Source: Octopus sinensis (lineage: Eukaryota). Taken from it: a stretch of 64,000 bases of DNA. Below the pieces are notes generated by a model that was not told where the DNA came from, did not search any database, and was given only the letters and a program-made list of their open reading frames with translations. Position numbers and translations under genes: made by a program. This document shows positions 27,423-38,047 of this stretch, piece after piece. Numbering within the stretch: position 1 is the stretch's first letter; every line of letters starts with the position of its first letter. The DNA lies in assembly GCF_006345805.1 (NCBI RefSeq), contig NC_043006.1:85064001-85128000 (forward strand), written 5' to 3'.

Positions 27423-28495
27423 ATTATTATCTAAAAGATTCCATCCTTATATAGCTACCACTACATAATAAGAACTCACTATACAAATGAATAAGAAAAC
27501 AATAGTGAAGTGTTGGACTTCATGCCTTAGAGCAGTGGCTCTTAAACTAATGAATGCTAGCCACCTCTTCCACCTTGATATTTGGAGCATTTTTGCTCCT
27601 CGTCTCCCATCTTTATTTATGAGAAGACAAAATACAGTTTACCTGTTTTGCTGCTCTTCTGCCTAAATTTGAAATTTAGCATGGAAAGCGGACGTTAAAC
27701 GATGATGATGATGATGATGAATTCTTCACAATTCCTCTTGGAAGTGATGTTTAGATTAAGACAAAACCTTTTTTTCCCCCCATCACTTAACATTCAGATT
27801 ACTCTGTCAAATCTAATGCATAGTTATTTACATTGTTTTGACTCAATCATGCATTATTTCATAGCTATGAAATTTCAATGATGTGATTGTTCATTTTTAG
27901 AATGACATAGTAGGGTAGGTGTGAGAGGTTGGATATGGTCAGTTTAAATGCTAAAGGTTTAACCCAGAATTTACTTAATCTTTACTGTCCTGATAAACTC
28001 ATCTTGGTATATTTATCAGGATAAAGTCAGTATTGCAGGTAAATCCCAAGAATTTGGTTCATTCTATCATTGTCTTCATATTACAGTATTGTCTGTAGAT
28101 GCTTCGCCAATTTTTTACTGAACCTTAATCTTTTGGTTTTTTGGGGTTTTTTTTTTTTTTTTGTCAAGTACAAGTACAAGACTAACATTTAACAAACTGA
28201 AGACTTCACAACCAGTCCTTTTTCATTCTGTTCATAGGCCATGCTGTATGCTGTACTTTTTAGTTACAGATTCTTTACAGTTCTTTTAGCATAGATCTTG
28301 TATAAATCGTTTCAGTTTTCCTTTGGCATTTGAATTCTTCTCGCTCTAATTCTCTTGAGTTCATTACATCCAGTCTTGTTTCATATCAATATTGATTGTC
28401 AGTTTTATGCTGAAAACCGATTATTTTGAAGCTCTCTTGCATAAAACTTGGAATCAATGTTTATTGTCCATCCGTTTTTTCATATATTTAATCTC

Positions 28496-28807
28496 AGTGG
28501 AGGCACATGGCCTAGTGGTTAGAGCAGCAGACTTACGGTCGAGGGATTGCGGGTTCGAATCTCAGACCAGGCGATGTGTGTGTTTATGAGCGAAACACCT
28601 AAGCTCAACGCAGCTCCAGCCGAAGGTAATGGCGAAACTTCTGCTGATTCTCGCCACAACTCTCTCTCACTCTTTCCTCCTGCATCTTGCAGCTCACCTA
28701 CGATGGACCGGCGTCCTGTCCAGGTGGGGAACCTATACGCCAAGAAACCGGGAAACTGGCCCTTATGAGCCAGGCATGGCTCGAGAAGGAACAAACAACA
28801 ACAACAA
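28496..28807 (+). mobile_element. Full-length tRNA-derived SINE S4 with V-domain-like segment and (AAC)n tail
   Basis: A box TGGCCTAGTGG, B box GGTTCGAATCTC, segment CGATGGACCGGCGTCCTGTCCAGG; perfect 15-bp TSD CATATATTTAATCTC (28481-28495, 28808-28822). Confidence 0.92.
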
Positions 28808-29180
28808 CATATATTTAATCTCTGACATATACAGTATTGGTGCTGTGGGTTGCTTCTCCAAAGTGATATATATATATGGCAGAAGTCGACCCATCAGCAT
28901 GTAAGACCACTTCTTTAACACAGTAGGTTCATATAAATGTTTCAAGAGTCCAAGAAGTTCCTTTGCATGAACTTGCTTTGAGTGGATAAAGTGTTGCACA
29001 GCACAGAATCCACTCTTCAGTACAGTCAGCTACAAAACCAGTGGCACTGCCGGAGTAGAGACAACCTGGAACCAACTGCACTTAGTTCTTTGTATGAGGT
29101 CACTTCCTTCTAGAAGGAAGTGCTAACAAGAACTGGGTGTCCTTCACTCCCAAAATTTTATATATATATATAGACCGGTG

Positions 29181-29231
29181 TCTGCTACCGACGAAGGACA
29201 ATCATCCTGAAACACGTGTCCCTAGATGCAG
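29181..29231 (+). ncRNA. Minimal hammerhead-ribozyme-like motif (Penelope-type)
   Basis: CCGACGA - AGGA caatca TCCT - GAAA - palindromic ACACGTGT - GTC; stem I imperfect. Confidence 0.5.
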
Positions 29232-29927
29232 CCTGGTGGCTGGGGGTATTTGTCTCCCCTACATAAATGTGTATAAGGACACAGGAAAAATGTGTCAAAG
29301 CCATCAGGAGGCGTCGATGCTTCCTAGGGCTAAACAGCGGTGGTGAACCCCCCTACTGTCACGTTCGTGTTAGATTGACAGTATACAACCATTCTATATA
29401 TATATACAGAGAGAGAGAGAGAGCATAAAGGAAGTCAGGAAATATGAGATAAATATATTTATTTCACCAGTTGATAACAATAAGATTACAATCATTTTGC
29501 AGCCAAAATCATGGGAAAATAATTCATTTTAGTGTATAATAAATTTTACATGTCTGCACTAGTGTATATGTTGTAAATTACATAGTACCATTGTACATTT
29601 TACCAACTTAATACAAGTATAGAAGGGTAGCTCATCAGATCCATAGAATATCAGGGTTACATCCATTCTTCAATTCCAATATACTTATACAAAAAGTCAT
29701 CTTCAAAATATTAATGTGTGGTCCACTGGAGGAGCTTTTTTCTGAGTACCACCGAATTAATTAAAAAATCCATGTATTGTGCATCATATATTACCTTATA
29801 TAATTATGAGTATAATTATATAAAGTAATGTTTAAGTTTATCGTAAATGATCCTTTTAACATACTGATCACTACTTGGTAGAATTATCAATTACTAATTA
29901 ATTAATTAATTTTACCCTTTATTATTA

Positions 29928-29970
<43 letters not shown>

Positions 29971-30534
29971 CTGCACAAACACAAGCAAGGTTCTGTGGTT
30001 AAAATGCTTGTTTCCAACTGTGATCTTGTATTTAAGTTCCAGTTCATGACACTTTGGGCAAGTATCTTCTTGAGGAATGGTTAATTGTGAATCAAAGTTA
30101 GAAGGAAGGCAAAGGAAAATAGGAGTGGATCATGGAGGTAGAGGTAGTTGGTAGCAAACATAAAAAGAGGAGGCAGTGGAAAACGCACATAGTTTAGTTT
30201 CATGCATTGCAGTCATGTGATTTAGGGTTTATTCCCATTTCATGGTACTATTGATAGTTGTCTTCTCTTATAGCCTTTGAGCTAATTAATTCTTTGTGAT
30301 GGAAGCTATAAAAATCCCACCATGTGTATGCATGTGTTAAGGCCTTCCCCTTGTTTTGACATTTGCATATTGCATATAGCGTCACCATGCTGTTAGTGTC
30401 GGTTTAATTCTGCTGTGAAAATTGATTCGGCTGGTGACTTTGTCATTTAAAGGAGCAAGGGAAATTGTATTGTATTGGTAAAAACTTGTCTCATGTTACC
30501 TTCTTTAATTCCTTTTGACTCCATGTAAAGCATA

Positions 30535-30720
30535 GGGCACAGACAAGATATCCCCATCTGTCTTGACATCTAGCAGTGGATTGCAGCTGTCCCTAGGTGA
30601 AGCAAACCTGTCAATGCTTCATTTTCTATGGGTCATCTTGTTTTTTGGTTTGCCATGCTTCCATCTTCTTCCTTAGAATTTGGTCTTGAACATAGCCTTG
30701 ATATTCCATGTTCTCAGCAG
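30535..30720 (-). mobile_element. Decayed RTE-like LINE 3' fragment
   Basis: Minus-strand remnant resembling the G-x-R-x-R-G-R-P-K motif (GRRWKHGKPK). Confidence 0.45.
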
Positions 30721-31258
30721 TATGGTTGTCCTTGGTGATGATTGTTCTACATTATAATTTCCTTTCAGCTATCACTACATTACTGCATATACAATCTCTA
30801 AGGATTACTTCTCCTTACCAGGACCCGTTTCATGTTTTCTTGTTGGTGTTTCAATAGCAATGTGAAGCATTGATAGTGCAGGGCTACTAACCCAATACTC
30901 TATCCCCTTCCCAACCTCCTTTCTCAATCGGGCTTAGAACTGGCTATGGTGGAGATCATGTGACCTTTACTAGAATGAAAGTAAAAAAAGAAGTAGGCAT
31001 TAAAAGGGTGGTGGTGATACAGAATTAGTCAATAAATATGTATTTAGGATTAAAACATACTGGTACATGGATGGCTCAGTAATACAGCTGTCTCCCACGT
31101 AACAGGTGTCAGCCACCAAGTGGAAGCCTGACCTATAAGAATAACCAAAGTCACATTTCCTTAGATCAATAGGAAATATCTATAAAAAAATGAAAAAAAA
31201 AAAAGACATTTGTGTTTATAAATCTAATGACATAAATGCAGTTTTTTCCACTTTTCAG

Positions 31259-31328
31259 ATTTCGCAGGAGACTCAGTAAATATCAGAATGAATTTGATAT
31301 AAGCAAGCTGTCCTCCTCTGCCTTTTGA
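31259..31328 (+). CDS. Candidate alternative terminal or poison exon (unverified)
   Basis: CTAAT branch-like motif, then TTTTTTCCACTTTTCAG|A. Read in phase 2 it gives FRRRLSKYQNEFDISKLSSSAF*. About 1 kb of SINE-free sequence with several AATAAA follows. No homology recognised. Confidence 0.25.
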
Positions 31329-31558
31329 TATTCACAATAAGCAAAAGGACAGGTAGTAATAGTCTTATTATGAGAGCAATTGCAAAAACGAAGAAGAATA
31401 AAAACAATTACCCCCACCCCAAAAAATAAAAAAAAATGAAAAAAAAAAAAATAAACCTTTTTATACAAGTTGGGATAAATGCCAACAACCATTTTTAAAA
31501 ACAGCTATTATTCCAAGACAACAGGAAAGCAGCTTAACAAAAATCCACAGCATATTTT

Positions 31559-31611
<53 letters not shown>

Positions 31612-32364
31612 AGTAGGAAACTAATATGCTAAGCTGACTGTATGCAATAATTGTTGTCTGCACTTAGCTTCAATAGATTTGGCATTCTGTTTAATGTAAG
31701 CTGTTGATCCACCCCACAGCAGGTATACGAGTATGATGCTGTGTACAGCAATGTGTTGTATATATTTTATGATCGTTTTATTTTTAAATTCCTGAGTGCA
31801 GTTTACAAAAGCACCCTACTAAACTTATCTGGTTGCTATAGTAATATATATATATATTATATATAAAGCCATTTTTGTGCTGCTAAATTTTTACTTTACC
31901 ATAAACCTTCAGTGGGAATCAAATTTCTCGTGTATCTTATGTTCAACTGATCAGTCATTTCATTGTGATTGTGTAACTGTGTGCATGATAGTGCATACAT
32001 ACATCATGACTATTTCAGTACTGATTTCCTGTTAATCCTTCTTTACCTGTTGGTCCTTCTTTTGCCCCATGAAGTTAACAAAACACCCTTCAGTTTTCCA
32101 ATACTGTCACTACTTACAGTGCCACCAATTAGTGCTTCCAGTCATTGCACAATGATGGGAATACCATTAGAAAGGTAAACTGGTATCTGTAACTGAAGAG
32201 GAGATAACTACTCTGAAATGCTTGCAAACCACAGTCTGAATAGTTGGTGCTGTGAGCTGATTTAGGTGTTTTTACACCATTTATCAACAGCAAGAAATTT
32301 TCTCTATGGTAAAAAAAGTGAATGGCTTTCTTATGGATTCGAATATGCCCCAACTATATTTGAA

Positions 32365-32778
32365 CTCTTTTACTCTTTTACTTGTTTCAGTCATTTGACT
32401 GCGGCCATGCTGGAGCACCGCCTTTAGTCAAGCAAATCGAGCCCTGGACTTATTCTTTGTAAGCCTAGTACTTATTCTATTGGTGTCTTTTGCCAAACTG
32501 CTAAGTTACGAGGAGCGTAAACACACCAGCGTCGGTTGTCAAGCAATGTTGGTGGGGACAAACACAGACACACAAACACACACACACATATATATATATA
32601 CATATACATATATACGATGGGCTTCTTTCAGTTTCCGTCTATCAAATCCACTCACTAGGCTTTGGTTGGCCCGAGGCTACAGTAGAAGACACTTGCCCAA
32701 GTTTCCACGCAGTGGGACTGAACCCAGAACCATGTGGTTGGTAAGCAAGCTACTTACCACACAGCCACTTCTGCGCCT
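32365..32778 (-). mobile_element. SINE S2, full length, little diverged
   Basis: Complete head to (AAAAGAGT)2 tail. Confidence 0.9.
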
Positions 32779-33210
32779 AGATATAATCATAATGTTTTGA
32801 TGACGAGGGTTCCAGTTGATTGTGGATGTTTTGGTGTTTTTGCTCAATAAACACTTACAACGCCTGATCTGGGAATAGAAACTGCGATCCTACGACTGCA
32901 AGTTCACTTCCCTAACCACTGGGCCATTGTACCTCCTGGTAATAACCTATGTAATCTTTATTTACCTTTTCTGTTCTTTGCATTCTTTGATTTATATTTG
33001 CATATTTAGTAGTTATTGTTGCTAGACCTTCAGTGGTGGCTGTCAACTTATTGAGATTTCCATGAATTTTGATGTAGGGCAAAGTGTATAACATATGTTA
33101 TTTATTATACTTTCTTTATGATCTATTAGCCACTTTGTGTCACCAGTACAAGCTGTCTACAAGCCTGATGCCAGAATCTTTTCCGATCACATTACCCTAT
33201 ATATATACAC

Positions 33211-33263
<53 letters not shown>

Positions 33264-33534
33264 GAATTTAAGTCTTCATTCCTTTCTCATCTGATATAGC
33301 ATCCGTCATTTTATTTTTACAAATATTTTTATTTTCATTCACGCAATATTTTTATTTCACAACCTTTTTTCACTTCACAAAGCATTTTTCTATATCCTTG
33401 TGAACTTTTTTAAAAGAAACTATAACATTAAAAAAAAAACTAACATTATTTGATATGATTTCAAGTTCTATAAGTAGGAGATATTTTAAACTTTATCAAA
33501 TTTTAAAACTGTTTTAATTGATTTTTTTGTATCT

Positions 33535-33600
33535 CTGATGAGGGAAATGCGAGTATTTGTACCGGCTGGAAAACGCATTCTCCGAAACTATCTCTAGGTT
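33535..33600 (+). ncRNA. Degenerate hammerhead-like motif
   Basis: CTGATGA - GGGAAATGCG...CGCATTCTCC stem - GAAA - CTA tctc TAG; cleavage triplet and stem I imperfect. Confidence 0.35.
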
Positions 33601-33740
33601 TTGTACAACTGCTTTCCTTTAGATTGTAATATTGGAACGCTTGAAACCTAGTATTCCGATGAATCCACTTGGATTTATGTTATATTTTGCTCATATAGAA
33701 CTCTAATTAGCTGCGCTGCAGCAAAGGTTTTCCTTTTTTC

Positions 33741-33782
<42 letters not shown>

Positions 33783-33786
<4 letters not shown>

Positions 33787-34269
33787 GACCCCCTTCGGTC
33801 ATGAATGACCATGGGATTGCACCTAGAAAGTTACCCTCCGAGGTACAAGTCTGGGCAAGGTTGTTTATGGAAGACCAGCAGTCACCCATGCATACCAGCC
33901 TCCCCTCTCCATGCCACCGATGTTATCCAAGGGAAAGGCAAAGGCCGATGCAGCTTGGCACCAGTGACGCAGTAGCTCATTTATTAACGTGCAAGTGGCT
34001 GAGTACTCCACAGACACGTGTACCCGTAACGTAGTTCTCGGGGAGATTCAGCGTGACAGAGAGGGTGACAAGGCTGGCCCTTTGAAATACAGGTACAACA
34101 GAAACAGGAAGAAAGAGTGAGAGAAAGTTGTGGTGAAAGAGTACAGCAGGGTTCACTGCTACCCGCTGACGGAGCTTTAGGTGTTTTCACTCAATAAACA
34201 TTCACAATGCCCGGTCTGGGAATCGAAACCGCGAGTCTGCTGCCCTAACCACTGGGCCATTGTGCCTCC

Positions 34270-34270
<1 letters not shown>
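33783..34270 (-). mobile_element. tRNA-derived SINE (S4-type head, S5-type tail) within (TA)n
   Basis: Head shared with 22871, tail shared with 18876-19165. Confidence 0.85.
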
Positions 34271-34306
<36 letters not shown>

Positions 34307-34745
34307 ATAGGCTTCTATCAGTTTCCATCTAGCAATCCACTCACAAGACTTTGGTCAGCCTGAGGTGATAATAAAAGACAATCATCCAAGGTGCCACATG
34401 CTGAGACTGAACCTGAAACCAATGTGGTTGGGAAGCAACTGCTTACCACACAGCCATACCTGCACCTATGTCATATATATATATCATGTTTGAAGATAAT
34501 GTAGTCCAAGATGTACAGCTTGGAAAAAGATGAGATGGTCATGGCTGGAATGCTTTTGATCATGGGTCTGATACTTCAGAGATGATCTAGACTAGAATAC
34601 AACATTAATTATCACATAATAATTAACATTCTGCCAGACTCTGCTGTCAGCAGATGAGAAAATGAAATGATTAGTTAGCAAAATCTAATACTGAGAATAC
34701 TATTCCTCAGGTGTTTGATTAATATCTCATTATCATCAGGTAACT

Positions 34746-35060
34746 GTCTCTCTCTCTCTCTCTCTCTCTTTATTGTTGTTCCCATTCCTCTTGGGCTCTG
34801 TATTCTCTGCACTACCTCTCCTCCCTCTGATCTTCCACCCCTTCTCCATCATTTCTATTCTCTCTCTCTCTCTCACCTCCATCTGCTCTTATTTCCTTCT
34901 CCATCTTCTCTGTTTCCTGTATCTCCTCTCTCTCTCCCATTCCTCCTTTATCTCATTTCATTCTCCTCTTTCATCTCCTTTCACTTTCCTCCTATCTACT
35001 TCTCTCTGTTGTCCCTTACCCTTCCATCTTCCTCTTCATCTTCTCCACACTCTCTCACAC
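34746..35060. repeat. Polypyrimidine low-complexity tract of about 300 nt
   Basis: Direct reading. Confidence 0.9.
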
Positions 35061-36220
35061 ACATAATTTAGAATATATTGATATTTATTCCATAAGCCAC
35101 CTTTTGACAAGGTTTCAGTCTTTTGACATGTAAGATTTAATAACATACAGCCTGGACTTTTGAGCAATTAAGTCATCAACTGCTTTCTTTTTTACTTTCT
35201 TTTCCCTCCTTTTTCTTTTTTTGATTTAATATTCGTAATGTGTTTGCTCAAATCAAGAATTCATTCCAGCTAAGCCATCATTGGTGTCAAAGCCATATTC
35301 CGTTGTTACCATACGCTTCATTTCACTTAGCATTCATTTTTACCGAGTTGTCATAAACGACAGATAGAAGGAATTTCGAAAAAGAGAAGAATCAACATCT
35401 CAACTAATAATTTTAAATAGAGAGCTTAACTTCATTGACTTTCGGTTTGGCACTGAGATGCATGTCAATAATAATAATAATAATAATCCTTTCTACAATA
35501 GGCACAAGACTTGGAATTTGAGGGGAGAAGGATGGTATATAACATCGACCCCAGTACTTGACTGGTACTTAATTTATCAACCCCAAAAGGATGAAAGGCT
35601 AAGTTGAACTCAGTAGAATTTAAACTCAGAATGTAGAGACAGATGAAATGCTGCTAAGCATTTTGCCTAGCTTGCCGCCTTAGTAATAACAATTGTTTCT
35701 ACTATAAGCACAAGGCCTGAGAGGCCACCTAGTGTGTTTATGTTTTTGTAATTTAGTGGTTTGACAAAAGGAACTAATAGAATAAGTGTCAGGCTTTCCT
35801 CACCATGATGGCCATAAATTGACTGTTCATTTTTCATGCAGATGGTCTCACTGAGTATTTTTCTCTTGAACTTTATGTAAAAATTTCTCCACAGTTCTGT
35901 TTTAAATCTCTAATACTGGTTCCAAATTTTGTCGCAAGGCCAGCAATTTGGGGAGAGGGGTAAGTCAATTACATCACCACCACCGCCACCCTCCCAGTGC
36001 TCAACTGGTACTTATTTATCAACCCCCAAAAGGATGGAAAGCAAAGTCAACCTTGGTATAATTTGAAATCAGAATGTAAAGATGGATGGAATGACGACAC
36101 AAAGCATTTCCCCCAATCCTGTTAGAATACTGTCAGCTCACTGCCTTCTTAAACCTCTAATATTGAGTTATGTTTTCACTAGAAACTCTATAATATATCC
36201 AACAAAGATTTTCTTTTGCT

Positions 36221-36449
36221 TTAACCCTTTCGTTACTGTATTTATTTTGAGATGCTCTATGTTTCTTTCAATTACTTTAAAATATAACAAAGAATTTAGT
36301 AAAATAACTTAGTTATCATTCAGCTAGTGTTAGGAACATAAATTGTGACTAAGGTTTGGTGGAAGATTTTAATTCAGAACTTTTGAAAACAAGATATTTG
36401 TACTGAGAGCCAGAGCCAATTTCAGCCGGGTTGGTAATGAAAGGGTTAA
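36221..36449. mobile_element. piggyBac-type MITE B, intact
   Basis: TTAA|CCCTTTCGTTAC ... GTAATGAAAGGG|TTAA; close to 46392-46604. Confidence 0.85.
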
Positions 36450-36849
36450 GAAAATAAATCTTTCAATATTTTTGTAAGAGAAGGTAGTTCTTGGTATGGA
36501 TCAGTGATTTACCAAACATGGCACCACAGCCATTCCATCATGTCAAAGCAAGCCACAGGGATTAACGTAAGATTACATTCACACATTCATCTGATACTTC
36601 AAATTTCTAAAAGATCTCTCTTGCTGCCATAATTTTTTGAAGTGTTATCAACCATTTGGCTCAGTGATTAGTGTATTCAGCTCACGATGGTAAGGTTGTG
36701 AGTTCGATTCCTCTCAGAGCATTGTGTCCTTGCTCCAGTCTAGTCAGCTAGCAAAAATGAGTTGTACCTGTAGTTCAGTGTGCCATTCAGTGTGTCTTGC
36801 TGAATCTCTTTGAGAACTATATTAAGGGTATGTATGACTGTGAGGTGCT

Positions 36850-37267
36850 AAGGCGGCGAGCTGGCAGAAACGTTAGTGCGCCGGGCGAAATGCTAAGCAG
36901 TATTTCGTCTGCAGTTACATTCTGAGTTCAAATTCCGCCGAGGTTGACTTTGCCTTTCATCCTTTTGGGGTCGATAAATTAAGTACCAGTTACGCACTGG
37001 GGTCGATATAATCGACTTAATCCATTTGTCTGACCTTGTTTGTCCTCTCTGTGTTTAGCCCCTTGTGGGTAGTAAAGAAATATGTATTTCGTTTGCCGCT
37101 ACGTTGTGAGTTCAAATTCCGCCAAGGTCGACTTTGCCTCTCATCCTTTTGGGGTCGATAAATTAAGTACCAGTTACGCACTGGGGTTGATGTAATCGAC
37201 TTAATCCGTTTGTCTGTCCTTGTTTTGTCCTCTCTGTGTTTAACCCCTTATGGGTTGTAAAGAAATA
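36850..37267 (+). mobile_element. SINE S1 dimer nested in an S5-type SINE (about 36655-37380)
   Basis: Second unit starts at 37084; 23-bp imperfect TSD beginning GGTAT (36827-36849, 37268-37290). Confidence 0.88.
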
Positions 37268-37633
37268 GGTATGTCTGTCTGTGAAGTGCTCAGTCACCTG
37301 CGCATTAACCTCATGAGCAGACTGTTCGGTTGATCGAATCAGCTGGTGCCCTCATTGTCATAACCAACAGAGAGCCAGGACATCAGCCAAAAGCAAATTA
37401 ATTAGTGCATGTATTTTAGACTACTTAGAGTTCCACCTACGCTGTGCATTCCTCACATAGAACAGCTATGAAGTTTGTTCTTCCAGTGTATTCACATGAA
37501 TGCTGGCTCAAATTGGAGTGACAGTCAGCAAAAATAGAAAGAATAAAAGTGTTTTACTGTTATTTATTGAATTTCTTAATGCCTTGTGGTATTTGGGGCA
37601 ATGGGTCAACAGCTTGGATTTAGTAAATTAACT

Positions 37634-38047
37634 GGATCTTTTCGGTTTGAACGGCAGTTTTTGACATAATTTCTAGGTAACTAAAAATATTTTAAACTTC
37701 GTATACTGGTAGAATGTGTTTATAAAACATCTTTTTCTCTTGGCTTTATTGAGAAAATTCTATAGTTTGCAAGATATTTGTTGTTTTTTCTTCAATTTCT
37801 GCAATTTCAACCAATCAATGACTGTCTATTGAGGTGAAAACATTCTGTGCCATATGAATATGTCCCTCATTTAAGAAACAGATTGGGTTTATTTACATTT
37901 GTGAAGAAATAAAGATTCCCTTCCCCCCACCCCTAACTAACCCTAACCCAGATTGAAATGCAATAGATCTATACTAGGGTCATAATTATGGGTGACAATT
38001 TCATATGACGCCGCTAGAAAAAACTGCTGTTCAAACCGAAAAGATCC
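37634..38047. mobile_element. MITE with 29-bp GG...CC TIRs and 8-bp TSD (Merlin-like)
   Basis: TIR GGATCTTTTCGGTTTGAAC(G/A)GCAGTTTTT; TSD AATTAACT (37626-37633, 38048-38055); internal CCCTAACTAACCCTAACCC. Confidence 0.85.

Noticed and set aside
28496-28575. tRNA-like sequences (also 22871, 18876 and S1 heads)
   Set aside because: SINE heads continuing into bodies and tails, some with TSDs; not tRNA genes
29560-29645. CTGATGA on the minus strand near 29637
   Set aside because: No properly placed stem II and GAAA
29790-29829. AT-rich hairpin; other 8-9-bp hairpins at about 160, 40102 and 58264
   Set aside because: Expected by chance in AT-rich sequence and too short for miRNA precursors
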